64,000 nucleotides of DNA from Candidatus Poribacteria bacterium (GTDB lineage: Bacteria; Poribacteria; WGA-4E; WGA-3G), in assembly GCA_965205025.1 (NCBI GenBank), contig CBDBFU010000023.1, forward strand, positions 32,001 to 96,000, in the 5' to 3' direction. The translations under genes and the position numbers were made by a program. How positions within the stretch are numbered: position 1 is the first letter of the stretch; each line of letters opens with the position of its first letter. The notes beneath the pieces were generated by a model. That model was not told the DNA's origin. It was given only the letters and a program-made list of their open reading frames with translations, and did no database searches. Positions 53,290 to 63,635 of this stretch are shown here, piece after piece.

Positions 53290-53679
53290 ATGGCAAAGGT
53301 AAAGGTTTTTTTGAGTTTTGAGTTTGATAAAGATAAAGAGCTTCAACCCAATTTTTACGCGCAAGCCAAGGATCACTCTTGTCATGAGATTGAAAATTAT
53401 TCGCTTAAAGAGACAAGTCGACCGAATGATAATAGTTGGTTGAGGAAAGCAGAGGAGCTGATTGCGCTTTCGGACATAGTGATTGTCGTTTTAGGGCAAG
53501 ATACGCATAATGCACCCGGTGTTAAAAAAGAGGTAACAATTGCTAATCAGTTGGAGAAACAGATGTTTCAGACTCGTCCGCAGAAAAGAACAAGCGGTGC
53601 TGTACCTGGTGCAGGTGATGAGATTACGTGGAACTGGAAGAAAATTGATGAGAATATTTCTGAGTGCTTGAAGAAATGA
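53290..53679 (+). CDS. MTH538/DUF1863 TIR-like protein (ThsB-like)
   Basis: KVFLSFEFDKD, SDIVIVVLGQDT..GVKKEVTIA with the putative catalytic Glu. AGGAG RBS. Confidence 0.8.
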   Translation: MAKVKVFLSFEFDKDKELQPNFYAQAKDHSCHEIENYSLKETSRPNDNSWLRKAEELIALSDIVIVVLGQDTHNAPGVKKEVTIANQLEKQMFQTRPQKRTSGAVPGAGDEITWNWKKIDENISECLKK

Positions 53680-53708
53680 TGAAGGTGTGGGATAGCGAGC
53701 GCGTTCTG

Positions 53709-54122
53709 TTATCCCACATCTTGTCCAATGAACTGCCAAAGCAAAACTATGCCGATAACAATTAGGATTGTAAGGTAAAAAGGTAAAAGTGTTTTAGAAA
53801 ATATGGATTTTATCCAATCCCATTTCTTCTTAAATGGAGTGGTGTTCATAGAGAAGTCTATTTTACCTTCATCTGTTTGTCTAACTGCATCGTATAACCT
53901 TCGGTACAACTGTTCTTGATTGAGATAGAAACCGTCTAATGCCCAAAAAGAAAGGGTTGGAATTGCTGCTAACCAAACATACATGGGTTTGGAATCTTTT
54001 GTAGCAAAACCTAACACAGCAGCAACGAATATAACCGTCCATCCTTTCAAGAAAAAAGAACTGTTTGCCAACCTGTTGATGACGTTCTGAATCATTTCTA
54101 AATGTTTTAGTGTTTTTTCCAT
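53709..54122 (-). CDS. 3-TM membrane protein (HLEMIQ..RLA.SSF.LKGW type), putative TIR-associated effector
   Basis: Three hydrophobic segments and LDGFYL..E.LYR.LY. Convergent with the TIR gene across a 29-bp gap. Confidence 0.7.
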   Translation of the reverse strand: MEKTLKHLEMIQNVINRLANSSFFLKGWTVIFVAAVLGFATKDSKPMYVWLAAIPTLSFWALDGFYLNQEQLYRRLYDAVRQTDEGKIDFSMNTTPFKKKWDWIKSIFSKTLLPFYLTILIVIGIVLLWQFIGQDVG

Positions 54123-54382
54123 TGATGGATCATCACTTGCTCGGAAAGCGTTTCCTTATGTGTGCGCTAATTTTGAGTGAATTCACATTTGTCACATTTA
54201 CCGATAGTATTATGCATCAAAACCTATATGTCAAGAAAAACGGAAACAATCATAAATGCAATGTGGAATAATTAATATGGTTGCTTTGAAATGGAGTGAA
54301 CGTTGATAGAATGGAAGCCATAGTTTTCTGTTGAACAGTGAGCTGATATTAGCGAATTGACAACTCATTACAACAAAAATCG

Positions 54383-55495
54383 TTAGCGTTTAAGTTTCGC
54401 CCGTCCATCATCGAGTATTTCAACTTCAACTAATTCAAGTTGTTTTTCTGAGAAAAACTCTTTTATATCTTCAGTAAGTTGTTCTATTGGTTCTGGTTCA
54501 ACTATATTCATCAATTCTTTCCCAACTGAAGATAGCAGGATCCCAGGCATTTTGAAATCCCAGTCCGGTTTATCTTTATCATTATGAGATTTTAGCAAAA
54601 AGTATTTATTTGCATATAAAAATGGGGCCGATGGTTTTTCAATATTTCCTATGAAACTATCTTTTAGGTTGAGTGAAAATCCACTATAGAAATGGCCCGG
54701 GTCAACCGCGGCTGATAGCAGCGAGAATTCTTGTAGATTATTTAACATCAATTGGCTTAATCCGTAATTTTCAAGAAAATTGTTACTGTCCATAGGTTGA
54801 AATTTTGGAAAAATTGAAGTATAGATTATACCAGAACCACGTGGGTTATCGAATGAAACGCACCCAGAACAGAAAATCCTAAATATTGATGCAGTCTCTG
54901 AATCTATTTCACCTAATAGTTTTATAGCACGTGTTGAAAAAGTTCCGGGGTTCATAATTTCGCCTGCGATAACTCGTGCAAAGCGTTCTTGCATTTCTTT
55001 GGAGCTTTTCTGACAGGCTTCTTTCTCAAAAATGTTAAACCAATCATCACTTATTGTCTTTTCCGATTCATTATCACCTTCTTGATTTGCTGAATTATTG
55101 TACTTCTTTCGTTTAAGTATATCCGTAGCAAAACCCATGATTTTCTCAAGATTGAACTGCTCTCTCAGTATCCTTTTTGCAAATGTGTTACTCGCTCTCT
55201 GTGAAAATTCTGGGTCAACCTTTATTTGTTGGAGGATTTGGGCGTTAACCTCCTCTCCAATTTTAATCCGTGCTTCCGATTCTGCCCGTTTTTCGGCAGA
55301 CCTCCGCTCAAGAGCTCCAACCGGTACATCAATTAAAGCAGAGCACAACCTGTCTAAAGCCTTAAACATATTACGCCTAATTGGAGCAGGAATAGTTGAA
55401 TCTGATATAAGGTCGGTAACAACGTCCAAAGTAGTATTTGTTTCATCTTCGGAAGTTGAATCTGGTGGAGTCAGTAAATCTTGCTCTTTATTCAT
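54383..55495 (-). CDS. DUF2806-type protein
   Basis: ISDDWFNIFEKEA..SSKEMQERFARVIAGEI..PGTFS motif. ATG 55495 preceded by GAGG. Confidence 0.75.
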   Translation of the reverse strand: MNKEQDLLTPPDSTSEDETNTTLDVVTDLISDSTIPAPIRRNMFKALDRLCSALIDVPVGALERRSAEKRAESEARIKIGEEVNAQILQQIKVDPEFSQRASNTFAKRILREQFNLEKIMGFATDILKRKKYNNSANQEGDNESEKTISDDWFNIFEKEACQKSSKEMQERFARVIAGEIMNPGTFSTRAIKLLGEIDSETASIFRIFCSGCVSFDNPRGSGIIYTSIFPKFQPMDSNNFLENYGLSQLMLNNLQEFSLLSAAVDPGHFYSGFSLNLKDSFIGNIEKPSAPFLYANKYFLLKSHNDKDKPDWDFKMPGILLSSVGKELMNIVEPEPIEQLTEDIKEFFSEKQLELVEVEILDDGRAKLKR

Positions 55496-56842
55496 AATTA
55501 TTTTCCTCAAATGATAAAGTGATACTTCAAGTATGGAGTTGTCTGGTGAACTTTCTATCATTCCGTAACAACCGTTTCCTCTCCAAGCATGTCAATAATT
55601 TTCACAGCGACTTGTGCATCAGCGCAGGGCAGCGATATAGTGTAATTTCCCTCAACAAAATCGGTCTTTTTCTTTGGAACATCACTCTCAACGATTGTGA
55701 AATGTACTCCCGTATAGTCGGTATCAATTAACACACAATCAATCTGTGCGCGGAAGTCGTCAATTTGTTCGTCAAAGATAGTTCGGTCTATGTCCATGCG
55801 TGCTAAGATGGTTGGACTGATATAGTCTTCTATGGTGATTGTGATGTTTTCTCCGTCCCTTTCGAATTTAACATCTGCTTCGGCGGGGACGTAGGTGGTG
55901 ACACCGTCGCGTTGAATATCACGGACAATGAATTTGTTGATGGGACGTTGTCGGTTTTCCTTTACAAGTTCTTCTTGGATTCCAATTTCACTGCCGTTGC
56001 AAAGGACTGTGATGTCGCGCGTCTCATCTGGTCGGTTTTTGAGTTCGTTCTTGATAGTTTGAATATCTAAAGGGGTGAGGGGTTTATTTAGGTCAATGAT
56101 TTTGACAAGTGTTCCGTCTAATGTGCCGTCAAAAAAAGCAGCATTGCGATCAATTTCTACACCGTATTTTGCAGTGACAATGGTTTTGAGTTCATGTTCG
56201 ACTTGAAAGTCGTAGTTATTGACGCGATAGTGTGCAATTCCTCGTGATTTGTCATTGCCATTCTGCATACGTTTTATTGTTGTTTGAATTGCTCCTCTGT
56301 TGAGATCTGCAGCGATCCAGCGTCTACCAAGTTTTTCTGCTACGGCTGCTGTTGTTCCGCTTCCGATAAAACAATCCAGAACGATGGAATCTTCATTACT
56401 CGATGCGTTGATGACACGTTCAAGGAGTGCTTCCGGTTTTTGAGTAGGGTAATCAACTCGTTCTTTTGATTGTGAATTGATAATTGATATTTCAAAAACA
56501 TCATCAGGTAATTTGCCAAGTGGGTTTACTTTGACGACTTTACCAAAAGATTTGACACCTGCTTTAGCTTGTTTAAGAGTTCCCTCTGAATATGGCACTC
56601 GAACTTTATCTACGTTAAAGATATAATCTGCAGTTTTTGCGTAAAAGAGGAGAATGTCGTGTTTTCGTCGGAAACTACGTGTTGTTCCACCCGATGGGTC
56701 TTTATACCACCAAACAATCTCATTTACGAACTTATCTTCACCGAATATTTCGTCTAACAATAAACGGAGGTGGTGACTTTTATGCCAGTCGCAGTGAAGA
56801 TATAAGCTCCCTTTTTCACTTAATAGTTCACGCATTAAACTA

Positions 56843-57747
56843 TAGTGACTATCAGAATTAAAGAGACATTTTTTGTATTTTGTAGTAGAATGTGTCTATT
56901 ATGGCATATTCAACAGATTTACGCAAACGCGTTTTAGATTTTATTGAAGCTGGCGGGAAAAAAGCCGAAGCTGCCCGTCGTTTTTCTCTGAATCGTTCAA
57001 CGATTTATAGATGGTTAGCCGCTGAAGACCCGCTTTCGACCCAAAAACCGGGGCCCAAAAGCATGAGAGTGCTTGACGAGGCAGCACTGAAAAAACATGT
57101 CGCTGATTTCCCAGACTTGACGCAAAACGAACGCGCCTCACATTTCGGTGTTTCAGAGTCTTCTATAGCCTATGGGTTGCGGAAACTCGGCATCACACGA
57201 AAAAAAAACAATCGGATATAAGGAGCGGTGCGATGAGAAACGGAGGGGCTACCGTCAGACACTCACCGAGAAACACGCCGCTGGTAAAAAGATAGTTTAT
57301 GTTGATGAATGCGGTTTTCGTGCTGAAAGTTATAGGCGTCATGGCTATGCCCCGAAAGGTGAATGTGTCTTAGGTTTGATCTCAGGCACAAGAACACGAA
57401 CAACGACGCTGGTCGCAGCGCGTATCGGTTCGACTTTTACGGCACCTTGTTTGTTTGATGGAAGCTGCGATTCTGCGTGTTTCAATGCGTGGCTTGAAGC
57501 CTATTTATGTCCACGGCTGTCTGTCTCAGACGTGGTTGTTCTTGATAATGCGAAGATCCACAAGACGCTTCGGACGCGTGAGTTGATAGAAGCATCGGGA
57601 GCAGAGGTATTGTTTTTACCACCTTATTCACCGGACTACAACCCGATTGAACACGACTTTGCGAATATCAAACGTCTCAGAGAATACAATGCTGATATAA
57701 CCATTGATGAAGTTATAAACATGTATCATTAATTCTAAAGTTTACTA
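56843..57747 (+). mobile_element. IS630-family insertion sequence (905 bp), TA target duplication
   Basis: TA at 56841-56842 and 57748-57749. Imperfect 19-bp terminal inverted repeats TAGTGACTATCAGAATTAA / TTAATTCTAAAGTTTACTA. Confidence 0.92.
56901..57732 (+). CDS. IS630 transposase (HTH ORF + DDE ORF, joined at an A9 run)
   Basis: MAYSTDLRKRV HTH; YVDECG, VLDNAKIH, LPPYSPDYNPIE. Frame change at A9 (57200-57208). Confidence 0.92.
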
Positions 57748-58257
57748 TAAGTCGCTCAAACATAAACTGAAGGTAGTTATCATTTGTCCAGATATCCATG
57801 TATTGTACTTTCTCAATATTTGAGTGTTCTTCCCCTTCCAATGACACCTTTGCACCTCGTAACTCTACCTTTCTAACATAATCTGCTCCGCTGGCGAACG
57901 GTGGATCTATATAAATAAGGTCTATTTTACCTCGAAAACCATGCGCGAGGAGTGTTGAAAGGATTTCTTTGTTGTCACCGTGAAATAGGAGGTTGGGACC
58001 ATCTTTAAAGTTGTCGTAAGACGGTTCTTTTTCTGGGTTTTCAACGTTATAGGAGTCTACCAATTGGGCGGGATAGGCGTTGACTGTGTCTATTGGTCGT
58101 TTGCCGACCCAGTGGAGCATGGGTCTGCCTTTAACTGACTTGATTTTCATTGTGTTTTCCTTTCGTATCGAAGTTTAGCAACTGCACGTTCTACATCTTG
58201 TTGGAATAAAACTACGGAATAAAGCAGTAATGTTTGGTTCCGTGTTCCTGGCAGTAG

Positions 58258-59745
58258 TTAGTTTTGCTCTTGATTTTTCCTAATTTGTAGGTTTAACAAT
58301 GCCTCATTGAGATTAGCATGTGCTGTAGTATAATTAGGATCAAGTTGTATAGCTTTTTTATAGTCTTGAATCGCTTGTTCAAAATCACCTTTGCTATTGT
58401 GAGCAAAACCCCGATTGTTATATGCAATAGCGTAATCTGAATTGAGTTCTATCGCTTTATTATAGTTTTCAATAGCACGATCAATTTCACCTTTTTTGTG
58501 GTAAGCATTGCCGCGATTGCTATAAGCTTCTACCAAATTGGGACCAAAGTGTGTTGCCATGTCAAAGTCTTGGATGGCACGGTCTATCTCGCCTTTGACA
58601 TCGTAAGAAAGTCCCCGATTGTTATACGCACCAGCATCGTTTGGCTTCAATTGTATTGCTATATCAAAGTCTTGAATGGCGCGGTCAATTTCACCTTTTT
58701 TGTGGTAAGCATTGCCGCGATTATTATAGGCCTCGGCAAGGTTTGGCATTAACTGTATTGCGATGTTGCAGTCTTCAATAGCACGCTCATATTCACCTTT
58801 GTTTTTGTAAGAAGTACTTCGGTTGCTATATGCTTCAGCATAATCTGGGTTGAGTTCTATCGCTTTGGTAAAGTCTTTGATAGCTTTGTCAGACTCACCC
58901 TTTTCCTCGTAAGCATTGCCACGGTTGTTATAAGCTTCCCAGAAGGATAGCTTCGATTGTATTGCTTTGGTATAATGTTTAATGGCCTCTTCATATTCCA
59001 TTCTATTGTCACAAACTAAACCTTTATAAAAGTATGTATAAGAATCCCCATGAAGATCCTGGTTTCTGATAAATCCATGCAGATCGTTATAGATGGTTTC
59101 CTTAGATATACCGTGATACTTCCGCAAATGCTGTAGCATCGCCTGTTTGAGGTATGCTGGAATAGTGACTACATCGTCCTCTTGTGGTTCAATAAAGCCT
59201 CTGGGATGTCTAACAAATACACTCTTCTGGGCAATTACACGGTGTCTTGGATTCTTAGGATGCTTGATCCAATTTTTAATTAGATCGGTCTTTTGTAGGA
59301 TAACCCGACCATCTTCATTGGGGGAACCGTCGCAGGCAAAGAAAAGTGCGATGAAGTAGTCGGTGGCAAAGTCTATAAGGTTTGTTTTACCCTCGTAGTG
59401 TTGGATATCAGTGAGAATTTCAAAATCAATGGTTTCATCAGTATCCTGTCCGGGCATACCTGGGGATGCTGTGTAATCCATAGGGTAATCCTGAGGTAAT
59501 TGTCCTATGTGTTTCTTAGCAGCATTAAGGAGTTCTTTTTGGATAACCTCTATATCAAAATGTTCGTTGTCAATACAGTATTCGCGCCAAAGGTTTGAAG
59601 AAACTTTTCCACAATATGGGTGTTCGTTATGAAGTTTACGTTCACCGCGATAAATATAACTGCCATCTGCAGATTTTGCCTCTATTGCGCTGATAATGTC
59701 TCGAATTGTAAGGGGCGGTTTTTCTTCTTTAGGTTGAGTTGACAT
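58258..59745 (-). CDS. FRG domain + TPR repeat protein
   Basis: YIYRGE, IQHYEGKTNLIDF..ALFFAC, RVIAQKSVF, then about 7 TPRs (AYNNRGNAY..KGE.D.AI.DF..AI.L.P). Confidence 0.88.
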   Translation of the reverse strand: MSTQPKEEKPPLTIRDIISAIEAKSADGSYIYRGERKLHNEHPYCGKVSSNLWREYCIDNEHFDIEVIQKELLNAAKKHIGQLPQDYPMDYTASPGMPGQDTDETIDFEILTDIQHYEGKTNLIDFATDYFIALFFACDGSPNEDGRVILQKTDLIKNWIKHPKNPRHRVIAQKSVFVRHPRGFIEPQEDDVVTIPAYLKQAMLQHLRKYHGISKETIYNDLHGFIRNQDLHGDSYTYFYKGLVCDNRMEYEEAIKHYTKAIQSKLSFWEAYNNRGNAYEEKGESDKAIKDFTKAIELNPDYAEAYSNRSTSYKNKGEYERAIEDCNIAIQLMPNLAEAYNNRGNAYHKKGEIDRAIQDFDIAIQLKPNDAGAYNNRGLSYDVKGEIDRAIQDFDMATHFGPNLVEAYSNRGNAYHKKGEIDRAIENYNKAIELNSDYAIAYNNRGFAHNSKGDFEQAIQDYKKAIQLDPNYTTAHANLNEALLNLQIRKNQEQN

Positions 59746-59807
59746 GCTTATTTTTCACTCCATATACTTTTAGGTTTATCAGAGAAAGCAGGATTCTAGA
59801 ATCATTC

Positions 59808-62468
59808 CTACGAGAGTGTTACATTCGTTTTATCGTTGCGGATCCACGCGAGGACATTATCAATTTCGTCAAGGTTCTCTCTCAGAAAATCAGTATTGGT
59901 ATAGATGATGTGATATTTGAAACGGTCATTGGATTGCATCTTTTCTAAACGTTCAACCGCTTTCTTTTTTGCTTTGACTGTCTCATTATTACGGTCTCTT
60001 TCAGATTTTATCTCAACGATGTAGAATTCACCCGTCTTTTTTACAATCACAAAATCAGGAAAATAGCGGTGAAAGTTACCGTCTTCACCTTTATATTCAA
60101 AATGGAAATCACTCTTTTTAGTATCTGTCAAACCACCTGTAAATAGAAATATGTCCACATCTTCCATTGCAGTATTCAGGGAACTCAGGATTGCTTCAAA
60201 AAATTCACGTTCTGGTTTGGTATCAAAATTGTAGGGCATATAGTGGAAACTTATACTGTGATCGTCCGGTAAATCTTCCTCACTGAATAGAAGTCTGTCG
60301 TTTTTCATCCGTTCAGCTGTCCGTTTTTGGACACGTAATCTGTGGATGTAGTTGCCGTTTGCGTCTTGTTCAAAAAGAGGGTTTCCGTTAGTGTCGTGTG
60401 TATGAATAAGGGCAAGTACCTCTTTGATTTCTTCTTTGATCACTTTGTAGTTTTGTATTTTGGTTTCGACTTGTTGAAACAACGGATATATGTGTGCGTT
60501 TGGGACTTCACCATTCGGATAGAGTTTATTTATACTCTTGAGTGTATTCATCACTGGTAGATGATAGTTTGTTGCAATCCTTCGAGCAATCGTATAACAA
60601 TCTGTTGTGTGATCAGAGACTTCAATATTATCACTTTCCCCAGTGTCTATAAATGGTGAGGTTGTTCCGCGGTTGGTAAAATTGGGTGTTAATATTCTGC
60701 GGACAATTGGTGGTGGTTCTTCTACATCGGTAGGAAGTTCCAACTGAATCTCCGTAGGTGTACGTTCCTTTCGGACGACACGGGATACCTTTCGAGTAAT
60801 TTCAAGTTTTGGCAATTCTGCTTTGAGAATGCGGATTTCGACATCCTCCGTATCAGCCGTGTGTCCGCTAAGTCTGCCAAGAGTTGTACCAAAGTTCTCC
60901 TCTAATTCTTTGTCTAATATGTATCTGTTCTTTGTATCCAAGAAAATTTTAGCAGGATATGTATTGCCTTCCACTTGACGGAGGCATCGGGTAGAGGCTT
61001 GCAGAACAAAGTTGCTACTTGTTGTCTGTTCCTTAATCAGTGCACAAGCGAATAAACTGGGACAATTCCATCCCTCTACACCTTTTCCGATGAGCAATAA
61101 GATACGTTTTTGATTGTCTGGATCGTTAAGACTGTTGAATTCGTCAATTTCGGCTTGATTGGATTTTTGTGTATTGACGAGTATTAAGGTGGAATTCTGA
61201 CCTATTTCTGCTAATGCCTTTTCAATATATGTTCTTGATATGTCGAGATGTTCTTGAGTCTTAAAATAGAAGGCGATTTTAGCTTTTGCACCGTTAGGTA
61301 GGGTTACGTCGCTGTAGTTTTGAAAAAATACTTCTATAACGTTCTGGATGACTTCTTCCTCAGAACCATCTCCAATATGGTAGTGAACAATGCCTTTGTG
61401 TAGACTCTTAAGGATGTTATCCTCTATTCCTTCACCGAGGCTATACCATGCAACGACTTCACGGAGCACCTGTCTTTTATAGTACGGTGTACCGGTAGTG
61501 TTGACAACTGCAATCAAGTCGGTTTTTTCATCTATATAGTTGACGGTTTCCCGTACCCGTTTGAGTTCGCTGTCCATTTTGTTTCCGTATGTATGGTGTG
61601 CTTCGTCTGAGAAGACTCCTAAACTGGGTAGACTTGTGATTTTTTGAAGTCGTAGATTCGCTTCTAATTCTGCCTGTTCTTTCTTTTTCTCAAAGTCTAA
61701 CAGTGATTGACTTTTACGTTGTTTCAAGTTTGCTCTCAGACTTATTTTCTCGGTATTCGTAACAATGACATTGTAAGTACTCTCAGGTTGTACTTGAATG
61801 TCTTTTGCACCAGTTTGTGGATAGGTGATTTTGAGATTTGCCAGAAAATCACGGTGTAGACTGAAGGGTAGAATTTGCTCAAAAGGGATATCGCTTATTT
61901 CACGTAGACTTTCAATGATAGTCGTGCCAGGGGCGAATACCAGGGCATTTTTCATGAAATTGGCTTCAGGATAGCGGAGTGCCATAGCGAATTCAGTTGC
62001 AATAATAGTACCGATCAGAACCGTTTTACCTGTCCCCATTGCAAGCGCGAAGATATAACTTGGATACGGAAGGGTTACCGCTTCATGAACGGGATTGAGT
62101 TGGTTTTCCTTAACGTATTCCGGATCGTTTTTTATTTTCTGAAGTACCATGTCAACATTCTGGATCCACTGTAGCTGATTTGGGTCAATTGGAATACCGA
62201 TTGCTTCAAAAAAATCTCTTTTATCAGGATAATAGTGTTTATAGAGTTCGACAATATGCGGGGTGTTTCGGACGAGTCTTAAGAACCAATAGAGTTCCAG
62301 AGATTGAAATTGCGGTTCACGGAGGTATTTGAGTATGATGTTTTCTTCAACTTCACCTTCAAATTGGTAACCTAATATTTCTCCGATGAGAGGGTAATCT
62401 TGGCAGGGGTATCCTTCTTTTCGCCAATTTAGTGTGTCTTCACGTAGATTTTCAAAAAGGTGCTGCAT
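59808..62468 (-). CDS. res: Type III restriction endonuclease Res subunit
   Basis: MGTGKT, DEAHH, TTGTP, EGWNCP, QASTRCLR, C-terminal YFPDF..VEIKS nuclease motif. Confidence 0.88.
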   Translation of the reverse strand: MQHLFENLREDTLNWRKEGYPCQDYPLIGEILGYQFEGEVEENIILKYLREPQFQSLELYWFLRLVRNTPHIVELYKHYYPDKRDFFEAIGIPIDPNQLQWIQNVDMVLQKIKNDPEYVKENQLNPVHEAVTLPYPSYIFALAMGTGKTVLIGTIIATEFAMALRYPEANFMKNALVFAPGTTIIESLREISDIPFEQILPFSLHRDFLANLKITYPQTGAKDIQVQPESTYNVIVTNTEKISLRANLKQRKSQSLLDFEKKKEQAELEANLRLQKITSLPSLGVFSDEAHHTYGNKMDSELKRVRETVNYIDEKTDLIAVVNTTGTPYYKRQVLREVVAWYSLGEGIEDNILKSLHKGIVHYHIGDGSEEEVIQNVIEVFFQNYSDVTLPNGAKAKIAFYFKTQEHLDISRTYIEKALAEIGQNSTLILVNTQKSNQAEIDEFNSLNDPDNQKRILLLIGKGVEGWNCPSLFACALIKEQTTSSNFVLQASTRCLRQVEGNTYPAKIFLDTKNRYILDKELEENFGTTLGRLSGHTADTEDVEIRILKAELPKLEITRKVSRVVRKERTPTEIQLELPTDVEEPPPIVRRILTPNFTNRGTTSPFIDTGESDNIEVSDHTTDCYTIARRIATNYHLPVMNTLKSINKLYPNGEVPNAHIYPLFQQVETKIQNYKVIKEEIKEVLALIHTHDTNGNPLFEQDANGNYIHRLRVQKRTAERMKNDRLLFSEEDLPDDHSISFHYMPYNFDTKPEREFFEAILSSLNTAMEDVDIFLFTGGLTDTKKSDFHFEYKGEDGNFHRYFPDFVIVKKTGEFYIVEIKSERDRNNETVKAKKKAVERLEKMQSNDRFKYHIIYTNTDFLRENLDEIDNVLAWIRNDKTNVTLS

Positions 62469-62523
62469 TTATGCGTGTTCCTAAAAGTTGTAAGCAAAGT
62501 AGTTGGTTTAGTGTCCGTTATTT

Positions 62524-63635
62524 CTAAGTTCCACCAGCAGAATCGGAATTGAGTTCACGAAGGGCATTCTCAATTATCTCTATATATTTTTCATTATTAT
62601 TTTGTTTTGCTAATTGTAATCCTGTTTGGTAATCTTGCCTTGCTTCGATCTTGAGACAAAGACAGGATTTGGCATAACCTCGAATTTCGTAGACATTTGG
62701 ATTAGGATTCCCTAACCTAATAACTTCATCAAAGTCTTCAATTGCTTCTTGATATTGTTGTATGTTGACTCTTGCGTGTCCACGCCAGAAATACGGATTT
62801 GCATCTTTTGGATGCCAGTTAATTGCCTTAGTATAGTGCAAAATGGCTTCCTCATATTCCTGACTTTGATAAGCATGGTGTCCAAGGTTTATGTAGTCAG
62901 GATTGGGGAAAGGCATGTTGTGCCCATGCTGACTTGCGAAACCTTCAAGATCTGGAAATAGTGTCTTTCCAGTAATATTTGAACAACTCTCCAGAGATTT
63001 CAAGATATTTTCTTTACTTCCTGCTTCTATAATGCATTCTTTATCTGGATAAATAACTTGATTTCCTCCCAGCAGGAAAACAGAATGTTGTGAAGAAATT
63101 CTATTGTTCAGATGTCTCGGTTGCCATCGATAGAGTTGAGGCTGCCATAGTTTACTACTTGGGGCGTTGAAATAGGATTCAAGACTTCTTTGTTCTAACA
63201 TTAGGGGTGTTATTTCTTCAATTTTGTGTGGAGTATTTAGGATTGCACCAACTTTACCGTTTGATGGCATACCACTACTTGGCTGACAGGCGAACCAAAG
63301 GGCAACTTGGGCACTATAGGTAAAGTCAATCAAACAAGTTGCTGCGCGAAAATGCTGGAGTTCAGCAAGTATTTCTAAATCGGTAAGTTTCGTCCATTTT
63401 TGTAATCGTGTCCCTGAAGACGTGCTTCTTTGATTAGAATCTTGTTGATTTCAAGAAATTCATCGTAACTACTTCTGTTATATGTACTTGGGAAACGACG
63501 CCAAGCGGACGCTTCTATTTGGTACGCATCATTTGACAAACCCCGAAATAAATATAATTCGGATTCTAAATTGGGATTTATAGATTGTACCCATTTTATG
63601 AAATCCTTCAGAGTCTTGATCTGGGTTGCATTCAT
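62524..63635 (-). CDS. FRG domain + TPR protein (1-nt frameshift near 63380)
   Basis: YLFRGL in the 5' ORF. Adding one base at AACTTACCGATTTAG continues ..DLEILAELQHFRAATCLIDFT..ALWFAC..RISSQHSVF and about 3 TPRs (~370 aa). Confidence 0.82.

Larger units (their letters stand above)
55558..58150 (-). pseudogene. mod: Type III R-M methyltransferase (Mod) interrupted by IS630
   Basis: 5' piece has IYIDPPF; 3' piece has YLHCDWH, YPTQKPEALL and DCFIGSGTT. Removing the IS plus one TA restores MFERLSLMRELL in frame (561 aa). Confidence 0.9.

Noticed and set aside
52130-53302. ORFs of 67-134 aa in the desert before the TIR gene
   Set aside because: Low-complexity AT-rich translations overlapping the repeat modules, with no homology cues.
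53290-54122. Complete canonical Thoeris system
   Set aside because: No ThsA (SIR2-SLOG or TM-Macro) gene in the window.
58320-59000. 102-bp-period DNA repeats as an array or DGR template
   Set aside because: They are the coding TPR repeats of the FRG-TPR gene, and no reverse transcriptase is present.
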